Shown: positions 9,734-17,979 of the stretch, in pieces
Numbering within the stretch: the stretch's first letter is position 1
Layout of the letters: each line of letters begins with the position of its first letter
IMG/VR virus record: IMGVR_UViG_3300032312_001422
Location: 32,001 to 96,000 of that record
Reading direction: 5' to 3' (one strand)
Length of the DNA stretch: 64,000 nt
Source of the DNA: a virus
Taxonomy: Duplodnaviria > Caudoviricetes
Notes under the pieces: generated by a model
What the model saw: only the letters and a program-made list of their open reading frames with translations
Database searches by the model: none
Told to the model about the DNA's origin: nothing
Program-made: the position numbers and the translations under genes

Positions 9734-10390
9734 ATGAAAACAAGTAAGCTAGGTAGAAAATTACTTGCGATACTGATGACATCAGCAATGCTGTCATCGG
9801 GAACGTGGGCTAACGATGTATACATAGAACAGATTGGTGATAACTCATCAGTTTCAATTACACAGACAGGTGCTGGTAACATGGTCAACGGTAACGTGGG
9901 CGGAACTGGCAACGACAATGACACGGCATTGATTCGTGGTGATTTCAACGATGTAACTGTTAATCAAATTGGTGCTGGTAACATTGCCAGTATCATTATT
10001 AACAATGAAAGCAATGGTACTGGCGCCACAGTGGTTGTGTCAGCAGATGGTAGTAGCAATACACAGACCATTGGATGCGGCACAGCATTGAGTTCCAGTT
10101 GTAATGCCAGCGTTATCAGATCAGAAATCACAGGCAACAATAACAACACAGTACAGATGTTGAGTGGTGGTGCTGTACAAAGTAAGATCGCTATCAACGG
10201 TAACTGGAACAATGTAACACATGCCGCAAGTGGTGCGGGTCAACATTCAGGGGAGATCACAGTTTCTGGTAGCGGAACCAACAGTATTGCCAATGCTGTA
10301 ACACTGACACAAAGCGGAGCACTGACCAAGAATGCGATTATTACCAGCAACGGTTCTAATAACAACGTTATCGTTACTCAGTCCGATTAA
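9734..10390 (+). CDS. Curlin-like (CsgA/CsgB-type) repeat protein
   Basis: Signal peptide; NDVYIEQIGDNSSVSITQTGAGN and repeated N/Q/G beta-solenoid motifs. Confidence 0.7.
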   Translation: MKTSKLGRKLLAILMTSAMLSSGTWANDVYIEQIGDNSSVSITQTGAGNMVNGNVGGTGNDNDTALIRGDFNDVTVNQIGAGNIASIIINNESNGTGATVVVSADGSSNTQTIGCGTALSSSCNASVIRSEITGNNNNTVQMLSGGAVQSKIAINGNWNNVTHAASGAGQHSGEITVSGSGTNSIANAVTLTQSGALTKNAIITSNGSNNNVIVTQSD

Positions 10391-11432
10391 CAGCTTTGCT
10401 GCTGTAGGCAAAGTTACTGAACAAACAGGACCAACTGAGATTCTGCGTGACCGGAAGAGTATATCTTCAAGTGTAAACACCGGTGTGGAAATGAACGACA
10501 CAGTCAGTACTGCTCGAGCAAAAGCAGAACTGACTTTTGACGACAAGACCACAGTCAAACTCACAGAACACAGCAAACTGATCATAGATGACTTCGTATA
10601 TGACGCAAAGAAAGGCACTGGTAAATTGGCTCTAAACATGGCCATGGGTACTGCTCGCTATGCCAGCGGACAAATAGCCAAAAACAATCCACAACAGGTA
10701 GCAATAAAAACCCCCACAGCAACCATTGCGGTACGAGGCACTGACTTTTCCATGACAGTGGACGAACTGGGTCGTAGTCTAGTTATACTGTTGCCCAGTT
10801 GTGACAGCAAGGGCTGTGTAACTGGAGCAATTGAAGTTGGCAATTTGGCAGGTGTTGTGTTGCTGGATGTGCCTTATCAAGCCACCTTGGTGTCGTCCCT
10901 GAACACACCGCCAAGCCAACCTGCCATAGTCAAACTGGATCAAGCCAACATCAACAACATGTTGATCATCAGCAAGCCTCAGGAAGTACAAGACGATACT
11001 ACTGCTGGCACTACCAAAAAAGAAAAAAGTATATTGGACTTTAATGCCCTAGACGTTGACCTATTGAAATTTACAAAATTGGATGAAAACAAATTGGACA
11101 ATTTTAGAGAGCTAGATAGAAACGACCTTGATGCTGACCTATTGGCTTACAACGCATTGAATGAATTGGACAGACAGAACGCATCATTACTCGGTGATGA
11201 ATTGGACATACCAGTGTTGCCGGGATATAGTGCTAATAAAACTCTAGGGCTACTGTATTATTTCAACGACGATGCCAGCAAGGTAACCCTATACAAAGCA
11301 GGCACACACAATGCCACTGCCACATTTGACACTACTAAGAATGTTACCTTTACGCTGATACAAAATGGTCAGACCATCATACAGGACGTAAACAAAGGTA
11401 GTACCAGCACATTGACTATCACACAAAACTAA
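10332..11432 (+). CDS. FecR-domain periplasmic protein
   Basis: Signal peptide; ELTFDDKTTVKLTEHSKL, IKTPTATIAVRGTDF FecR-domain motifs. Confidence 0.85.
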   Translation: MRLLPATVLITTLSLLSPINSFAAVGKVTEQTGPTEILRDRKSISSSVNTGVEMNDTVSTARAKAELTFDDKTTVKLTEHSKLIIDDFVYDAKKGTGKLALNMAMGTARYASGQIAKNNPQQVAIKTPTATIAVRGTDFSMTVDELGRSLVILLPSCDSKGCVTGAIEVGNLAGVVLLDVPYQATLVSSLNTPPSQPAIVKLDQANINNMLIISKPQEVQDDTTAGTTKKEKSILDFNALDVDLLKFTKLDENKLDNFRELDRNDLDADLLAYNALNELDRQNASLLGDELDIPVLPGYSANKTLGLLYYFNDDASKVTLYKAGTHNATATFDTTKNVTFTLIQNGQTIIQDVNKGSTSTLTITQN

Positions 11433-11435
11433 ATC

Positions 11436-11597
11436 ATGATTCCGTTGAATATACCGCCAATATGTATTGTACCCGAATGCAAACATGGTGCCCAAATACT
11501 TTCCAAACAAGGCGATATCATCAAGTACATGCTAACATGTCGCCACCACTGGTTCGATCTAATACCACAGAATCGACAACAAAAACCCAATAAATAA
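11436..11597 (+). CDS. Small Cys/His-containing hypothetical protein (53 aa, absent from ORF track)
   Basis: MIPLNIPPICIVPECKHG...MLTCRHHW...; fills gap between fecR-like gene and next promoter. Confidence 0.45.
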   Translation: MIPLNIPPICIVPECKHGAQILSKQGDIIKYMLTCRHHWFDLIPQNRQQKPNK

Positions 11598-11689
11598 TTT
11601 TGTAAGTTTGAGATTTACTGAATACCCAGTACGGGATCAATGATGTATGAGTATCGAGATCAAGAAAAATAATAAAAAGGATCTCGACA

Positions 11690-13741
11690 ATGAAGTTTAA
11701 AAAAATAGTTGTGGCTATAGCAATAGCCTTTGCGACTTCGGCCGCTCTGGCTCAGAACTCTGTATTACAAAACGAATATATTAAAGCAGGTGTCAATGAA
11801 ACAACAGGCACATTGGGTTCTGGTGGCAACACCAGCCCTGGCCTGTTGTACAACAACGCAGGTTCCAGCACCTGGAACACAGCATACGATTACCTAACAC
11901 CTGGAAGTCCTTTTGAAGGCTTTACGGTACGTATTGAGGACTCAGCCGGTACATTAATTAATACATATACAAACAATAACACTGGTATTCGTAACCTAAC
12001 TGGAGCCTGGGTCGGATCACCATCAAGCAGTAGTGCAGTATGGGCCGGCTCTAACTCACAGTTTGCACTACAGCATACTTACAGTTTGCCAAGTGGTCAA
12101 AAGTACATTGATATTGACACACGCATTGAAGCATACATTGCCATGCCTAAGTTATGGTTTGGTCGATTCATTGACCCAGATGCAGTAGCAGCCGCAGGTG
12201 ACAGTTCGGCAACCGACAACGTGCTAGGCTACGGTGCTATCAGTCGTAACAACGTGGTGTTCTCTGAAGCCACAGTGAGTCGTTATGCATTAGGCCTGTA
12301 CTCGGCACAGTCCAACGTCAAAGCCGGTATTGCAGGATGGTCAACAGATCCCAAAGCATACTATGCCAACGGTACAGCAGGCTACGGCACCTATACTGAC
12401 AACACATACGGCAACGGTGACGATACCATTGGCTTAGGTTTTTACATGGGCGGCGTCAGCATTGGAGACATTGTAAACTTCCGTTATGCTTATATCTTTG
12501 GACCAAGTGCGTTTGGTGCAGCCGAATCGGCAGTGGCCGGCGGCGCAGGCGGCGGCACACCTGGTACAGTTCCAGGTGGCGGCACATTAGTAGACGTTGG
12601 GTCAGCAACTGATTCAGCAAGCACAGGTGGTTCAAGTGCACCTACTGTAACAGGTACGACTACAGCAACCATCACAGTTAGTGATGTAACCGCAGTAAAT
12701 ACCGTATTGCCTGTGATTACCGGCAGTATTGCACACCACGTGGCCACAGAAGCCACAGGCAAGCAAACCATTGCTCGTGAAACCACAACCAGTGTAACAA
12801 CACCAATGCGTCGTGATGTTACAACACTTGTAAGAACTACAAGTACCTGGAGTGACGGCACAACAACAACCAGTGATAGTGACGCAACAACAGCAACAAC
12901 ACTAAGCAACAATGTAGATACCAGCATTGCCAACGACAGTTTTTCAGGACGCATTGATCAACAAGCAGTATTGAACACCTTAAACAAAGGTCTTGGTCGC
13001 TCACTGGACATGAACGCTTTCCGTGCAGATGGTATTCGTACAGAAAATGGTCGTATGTACATCAATGGTGGTAGTGCTAAAACTGCTGGTCAAAACGGAT
13101 ACAATGCCACAAGTCGTTTATACGGTGTAGGTGTAGAAGTTAATGTTGATCGTGATTGGGCTGTTGGTGCACAGTTTAACAAAGTCAACACAACATTAAA
13201 TGGGGTTGACAGCACAACCGGTCAGGACAAAACACACTTTGGTTTGTTCAGCGTATTGGATATTGAAGGTGCCAAGTTGGTCAACAATATTGGTTATGCA
13301 CAAAACGATATCAAATCCAATCGTACTATTCGTGGCATTGACTTCAACAACAGTCACTCAACCACAGGCAGTGACTTGTGGACCAGTGTTAGATTGTACA
13401 GTCCAGATTATGCAGGCTTTCGTCCGTTTGTGGGTGGTGCTGTTGGTCGTCAACAAGTTGGTGGTTATACCGAAGCCGGTAGTATTCAAAGTTATCGTGT
13501 AGTAGGCAGTGAAAATACCAGTTATCGTTACGGTGAAGGTGGCCTGCGTTACGAAGCCAAACTAGACGACTTTACAGCAGCAACTGAATTGTCAGCCACA
13601 ACTGATCAGTTTAAAACAGCTGCAGTGAGTTTGGCATATGATGTAAACAAGTACAGCGTAGTTGCTGTTACTGGTCAACGTCAGATCAATCCTACTGTAT
13701 CAACTAACTTGGTTAATTTAACTTTAATGGTTAGATTCTAA
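11690..13741 (+). CDS. Secreted protein with C-terminal autotransporter-like beta-barrel
   Basis: Signal peptide, G/T/S-rich linker, amphipathic beta-strands, GFRPFVG...GYTEAGS, terminal Phe. Confidence 0.65.
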   Translation: MKFKKIVVAIAIAFATSAALAQNSVLQNEYIKAGVNETTGTLGSGGNTSPGLLYNNAGSSTWNTAYDYLTPGSPFEGFTVRIEDSAGTLINTYTNNNTGIRNLTGAWVGSPSSSSAVWAGSNSQFALQHTYSLPSGQKYIDIDTRIEAYIAMPKLWFGRFIDPDAVAAAGDSSATDNVLGYGAISRNNVVFSEATVSRYALGLYSAQSNVKAGIAGWSTDPKAYYANGTAGYGTYTDNTYGNGDDTIGLGFYMGGVSIGDIVNFRYAYIFGPSAFGAAESAVAGGAGGGTPGTVPGGGTLVDVGSATDSASTGGSSAPTVTGTTTATITVSDVTAVNTVLPVITGSIAHHVATEATGKQTIARETTTSVTTPMRRDVTTLVRTTSTWSDGTTTTSDSDATTATTLSNNVDTSIANDSFSGRIDQQAVLNTLNKGLGRSLDMNAFRADGIRTENGRMYINGGSAKTAGQNGYNATSRLYGVGVEVNVDRDWAVGAQFNKVNTTLNGVDSTTGQDKTHFGLFSVLDIEGAKLVNNIGYAQNDIKSNRTIRGIDFNNSHSTTGSDLWTSVRLYSPDYAGFRPFVGGAVGRQQVGGYTEAGSIQSYRVVGSENTSYRYGEGGLRYEAKLDDFTAATELSATTDQFKTAAVSLAYDVNKYSVVAVTGQRQINPTVSTNLVNLTLMVRF

Positions 13742-13743
13742 GA

Positions 13744-13850
13744 TGTAATACAAATGTAATATTCTAAGACTTAAATAATCTTAGCGGACACAAAGATGGG
13801 GTGTCACTGGAACCCGTAACCAGTAACAATTCTGTAATATCTTTGCAACA
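13744..13850 (+). promoter_or_regulatory. 11-bp-phased direct repeats resembling Pho boxes upstream of plcP-like gene
   Basis: TGTAATA at 13744 and 13755; GTAACA/GTAATA/GCAACA at 13823, 13834, 13845. Confidence 0.45.
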
Positions 13851-13865
13851 CCTTGAGCGATAAAT

Positions 13866-14663
13866 ATGGTTATGACAGCCAAAACTTATCGCTCAATTTT
13901 TATTAGTGACATACACTTTGGCACTAGAGATTGCAAAGCCGAACAACTCAACAACTTTCTCAAACACAACACCTGTGAAACACTTTACCTAGTGGGCGAC
14001 ATCATCGACGCCTGGAAGATTCAACAAAACAAATGGCGATGGAAACAAAGCCACACCAATGCAATCAGACGAATATTAGGACACGCTAAACGTGGTACTC
14101 GAGTGATCTATGTGGCTGGCAACCACGATGAGTTCCTGAGACCACTCATACCTTACGGCATGGGATTTGGACGTGTTGAAATAACAAATCAAACAGAACA
14201 CATCGGGGTAGATGGCAAAACATATTTGGTCACCCACGGAGACCTGTTTGATGGTATTACCAGGTTAGCACCTTGGTTAAGTTTCTTAGGTGATAAACTG
14301 TACGATCTAGTATTGGATTGGAACAGCAGATTCAACTGGATCAGACACAAACTAGGCTTTGGCTACTGGTCGTTAAGCAAGTATCTTAAACATCGTGTTA
14401 AAAAAGCCGCGGACTTTATGTTTCAATTTGAAATTAATCTAGCAACCTACTGCAAGAAGCGTGGCTTTGATGGTGTGATCTGTGGACACATACATCATGC
14501 AGAGATAAAAACTATAGATGGCGTCATATATATGAATGATGGCGACTGGGTAGAATCAATGACTGCCTTGGTTGAGCATCATGACGGTAAGTGGGAAATA
14601 GTAACTTGGACAAAGACACACGACGATGTGGATACTGATACTGTTGGCAGTTCACACCAATAA
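13866..14663 (+). CDS. plcP: PlcP-like metallophosphoesterase (phospholipase C; often labelled UDP-2,3-diacylglucosamine hydrolase)
   Basis: YRSIFISDIHFGT, LVGDIID, GNHDEFLR, HGDLFD, YWSLSKYLKHRVK, CGHIHH, NDGDWVES; adjacent GT4 gene. Confidence 0.75.
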   Translation: MVMTAKTYRSIFISDIHFGTRDCKAEQLNNFLKHNTCETLYLVGDIIDAWKIQQNKWRWKQSHTNAIRRILGHAKRGTRVIYVAGNHDEFLRPLIPYGMGFGRVEITNQTEHIGVDGKTYLVTHGDLFDGITRLAPWLSFLGDKLYDLVLDWNSRFNWIRHKLGFGYWSLSKYLKHRVKKAADFMFQFEINLATYCKKRGFDGVICGHIHHAEIKTIDGVIYMNDGDWVESMTALVEHHDGKWEIVTWTKTHDDVDTDTVGSSHQ

Positions 14664-14799
14664 CCCGCAAGACATACCCGGACGAGTAACAATTGAGTTT
14701 GCTACCGAATCCGAATGCTTACGAGCCCAAAGCACAGTTCAATACTGGCTCAAGTTTGATAGTTTCAAGGTAAGTACACGATGTCAAAAACAATCTTAA
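14626..14799 (+). CDS. Small hypothetical protein (57 aa, absent from ORF track)
   Basis: MWILILLAVHTNNPQDIPGRVTIEFATESECLRAQ...RCQKQS bridges plcP-like and GT genes. Confidence 0.5.
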   Translation: MWILILLAVHTNNPQDIPGRVTIEFATESECLRAQSTVQYWLKFDSFKVSTRCQKQS

Positions 14800-15776
14800 T
14801 CATAACAGACAATGTCCCAGATCAAATCAACGGCGTGGTCACAACTTTCACAAACCTGGAAGATCATGCTAGGCGTGATGGGTATAGTGTTGTTTATTGT
14901 CATCCCGGGCAGTTCCCTAATTTTGCTTGCCCTGGTTATCCTGAAGTTCGCTTGTGCTGGCCGCACGGTATCAGTAAGAAAATTAAAGCGATACAGCCAG
15001 ATTATATACACATCGCTACGGAAGGGCCAGTAGGCCTGTTTGCTCGTTGGTGGTGTGAACGCAATCATATACCCTACAATACCAGTTATCACACAGACTT
15101 TCCTGAATTCCTGCGTACCATGTACTGTGTACCAAAAAGTCTAACTTACTGGTACTTGCGTTGGTTTCACAAGAACAGTCATCGTGTGTTGGTTACTACA
15201 CGAACCATTGAGCAAGAATTATCCGGCCGTGGATTTTCTAATCTAGTTGTTTGGACCCGCGGTGTGCGTAGAGATCTAACACCAAGCCAAAAACGTTGTG
15301 AACGTACACGGCCCGTGTTGCTTAATGTAGGACGTGTCAGTGCTGAAAAAGGCCTGGCAGAATTATCCAAGTTGCAAGATGACTACACATTGGTCATTGT
15401 TGGGGATGGCCCATTTATGCCGCAGGCCCGGGAGTTATTGCCCAATGCCAAGTTTGTTGGATATAAATCTGGGCAAGAATTGGTTGATTATTATCACGAT
15501 GCTGATGTGTTTGTATTTCCAAGCCGAGCAGATACTTTTGGCCTAGTCATTATTGAAGCCATGGCGCAGGGCACTCCTGTTGCGGCATTTCCTGTACAAG
15601 GACCTGTGGACATCATTGAAACTGGTGTAAACGGCCACATGGAACAAGATTTAACTGTGGCAGTCAAAAAGTGTTTGACTCTTGATCGTCAACAAGTTAA
15701 AAAATCCAGTCAACGTTGGACTTGGCAAGAGTGTTGGAGTATCTTTAAGGACAATCTAGCAGTAATAAATACTTGA
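14781..15776 (+). CDS. GT4 glycosyltransferase (Agt-like glycolipid synthase)
   Basis: ITDN..DQINGVVTT, PGYPEVRL, HIATEGPVG, VGRVSAEKG, FPSRADTFGLVIIEAMAQGTPV. Confidence 0.85.
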   Translation: MSKTILIITDNVPDQINGVVTTFTNLEDHARRDGYSVVYCHPGQFPNFACPGYPEVRLCWPHGISKKIKAIQPDYIHIATEGPVGLFARWWCERNHIPYNTSYHTDFPEFLRTMYCVPKSLTYWYLRWFHKNSHRVLVTTRTIEQELSGRGFSNLVVWTRGVRRDLTPSQKRCERTRPVLLNVGRVSAEKGLAELSKLQDDYTLVIVGDGPFMPQARELLPNAKFVGYKSGQELVDYYHDADVFVFPSRADTFGLVIIEAMAQGTPVAAFPVQGPVDIIETGVNGHMEQDLTVAVKKCLTLDRQQVKKSSQRWTWQECWSIFKDNLAVINT

Positions 15777-17791
15777 TGTTCAAAAAAATCTTAACCAGTC
15801 CCTGGACTGCTCTATTAACCCTAACAATCATCGTGGGCTTGCGTGTTGCAGATCCTGTGTTTGTTGAAAGTGTAAGACTACGTTACTTTGACACTCTGGT
15901 TACCAGCAAGGCACCAGAAACAATTGGAGTTAGTGTAGTAAACATAGACGAAAAATCCCTAGAACGATATGGGCAATTTCCTTTTTCTCGCGATGTGTAC
16001 GGTGCTATTATTCGAGACCTTTATAAACGCAATGCCGGGCTTGTTGTGTTTAACGTTCTTACTCCAGACAAAGACCGTATGGGGCAAGACTCTGCGTATG
16101 TACAAGCATTAAAACAATTTCCAACAGTACTTCCCAACATTGGATCAACTGTGTCACGCAATACTCCACGGGTTCCCGGATCGGTTGTAATTGGTCCTTT
16201 TGAGAGACCGTTTATTGTGTATCCTGGTATTATTGCTAACGCACCGGCAATTGAAAATGCCGCCGTTGGTGTGGGCTTGGTAAACACACTTCCAGAAGTT
16301 GATGGTGTTGTGCGTCGTATGCCAATGGTAGCCGATAGCCAAGGTCGACTATATCCCAGTCTAGCAATGGAAGTAATGCGTGTGGCCGCAGGCGACACAA
16401 CATTCCAGGTCAAGATAAATGAGTCAGGCGTTGAGAAAATGCGTATTCCCAAATTTGGAGCCATTACCACAGACAGTCTGAGTCGTATATGGATTGACTG
16501 GAGCTTGACGCCAGAACGGTACAGTTTAATGGACTTGCCCCAAGACTTTGACGGAGAGATTGTCATAGTAGGTGTAAGTGCTCAGGGATTGAGCAATCCG
16601 GTAGCAACTAGTCTGGGTGAAATGTTACCACAAGATTTACAAGCAGCTGTGATAGGCACAGTAATTGCCAATCAAAATCGTCCTGCTATTACACGTCCTG
16701 ATTGGGCAGATGGTGCAGAAATCATGGCTATGGTCATTGCAGGTGTACTATTACTATTTTTAACGAGGTGGATATATGTTGGATTGGGTTCGGTTGTTGT
16801 TATTGCGGGTGCGGCGCTTGTTGGTGCTCATTATGGTTATCTCTATTATGCCTATCTATTTGATGTCACTGCCTTTGTTGGCGCAGTTGTTCTTGTGTCC
16901 CTCCACGCTTACGGAGTTAAGTTTGTCAGCGAATTCTTGCAAAAGCAACAGATAAAGAAACAGTTTGGAAGTTATGTCAATCCTACTATAGTAGAACGAC
17001 TACAACAACATCCTGAACTGATCAAACTAGGTGGAGAAAAGAAGATGTTGAGTGTGGTCATGACAGACATGCGTAACTTTACGGCACTGGGCGAAAGCTA
17101 TGGTGAAGCAGGCGTTGAAGATTTTACAAAAGTAATGAACAGTTATATGACTGCACTAAGTCGTCCTATCTTGAAGAATGACGGCACACTGATCAAGTTT
17201 ATTGGAGATGCCAGTTTACACATACACGGTGCTCCATTAGACGACCCAGATCATGCTTATCGTGCTGTACAAACTGCACTAGAAATGATTGAAGCAGTCA
17301 AAGTATTCAATGATGAACTTGCTGTGTTGGGCAAGCCACCTGTTGGTATGGGTGCTGGTGTCAACACTGGCGAGATTGTTGTGGGCAACATTGGTGCTGA
17401 AAGCAAGTTTGGTTACGATGTCTTGGGCGATCCAGTTAGTCTAGCCGCACGTTTAGAAAGTCAAACCAAAGGCTACGGCGTACTAATGATCATTAGTGAA
17501 AACACGGCTCGGTTAGTTGAAGGTCGCTTTTCACTGTGGGAGTTGGATAATATTGCAGTCAAAGGTAAAACAGAACCTGTGCGTATATTTGCCATACATG
17601 AACCCACAGATGAACACAAAGAATTTTTAAACAATTACTACGGTGGTAGTTGGTCAAAAGCGTTGAAGATGATTCCTGAGTGCAAAAACGCTGCACCTGA
17701 TATGGAGAAATATTATGATGCAATGGCAGACCGACTGGAACAAGGTAGACCCAAAACGTGGAATGGGTATTTTGTGGCTACCAGTAAATAA
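15776..17791 (+). CDS. CHASE2-domain class III adenylate cyclase
   Basis: CHASE2 (VVNIDEKSL..YGQFPFSR, PEVDGVVRRMP), 3 TM helices, TDMRNFT, KFIGDA, GVNTG, YDVLGD..SLAARLES. Confidence 0.9.
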   Translation: MFKKILTSPWTALLTLTIIVGLRVADPVFVESVRLRYFDTLVTSKAPETIGVSVVNIDEKSLERYGQFPFSRDVYGAIIRDLYKRNAGLVVFNVLTPDKDRMGQDSAYVQALKQFPTVLPNIGSTVSRNTPRVPGSVVIGPFERPFIVYPGIIANAPAIENAAVGVGLVNTLPEVDGVVRRMPMVADSQGRLYPSLAMEVMRVAAGDTTFQVKINESGVEKMRIPKFGAITTDSLSRIWIDWSLTPERYSLMDLPQDFDGEIVIVGVSAQGLSNPVATSLGEMLPQDLQAAVIGTVIANQNRPAITRPDWADGAEIMAMVIAGVLLLFLTRWIYVGLGSVVVIAGAALVGAHYGYLYYAYLFDVTAFVGAVVLVSLHAYGVKFVSEFLQKQQIKKQFGSYVNPTIVERLQQHPELIKLGGEKKMLSVVMTDMRNFTALGESYGEAGVEDFTKVMNSYMTALSRPILKNDGTLIKFIGDASLHIHGAPLDDPDHAYRAVQTALEMIEAVKVFNDELAVLGKPPVGMGAGVNTGEIVVGNIGAESKFGYDVLGDPVSLAARLESQTKGYGVLMIISENTARLVEGRFSLWELDNIAVKGKTEPVRIFAIHEPTDEHKEFLNNYYGGSWSKALKMIPECKNAAPDMEKYYDAMADRLEQGRPKTWNGYFVATSK

Positions 17792-17979
17792 TTTTGTAAA
17801 CTGGTATATTGAAACTTGCATGTGGAATTTTATGCAACTATGGGCCTTGCCTTACCAACTACCTGGCAAGATGGGTGAGATTGAAAAATGGACTCAATCT
17901 GTTAGTTTAAACGGAATTAGAAACTCTAACCTTTGCAAGCCCAATTGACTTTTTAATCCGTTTCTGTTATAATTAATTT

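Noticed and set aside
11605-11652. Hammerhead-like ribozyme in the autotransporter leader
   Set aside because: Some small hairpins are present but no CUGANGA...GAAA core in the required arrangement
12490-12954. Long antisense ORFs (also 9201-9638, 16021-16566, 34929-35435, 25680-26045)
   Set aside because: They fully overlap well-supported sense genes, lack RBS or motifs, and are expected shadows of codon bias
13866-14663. LpxH lipid A biosynthesis enzyme
   Set aside because: Sequence features and the adjacent Agt-like GT4 fit the PlcP subfamily better; no other lipid A genes are present
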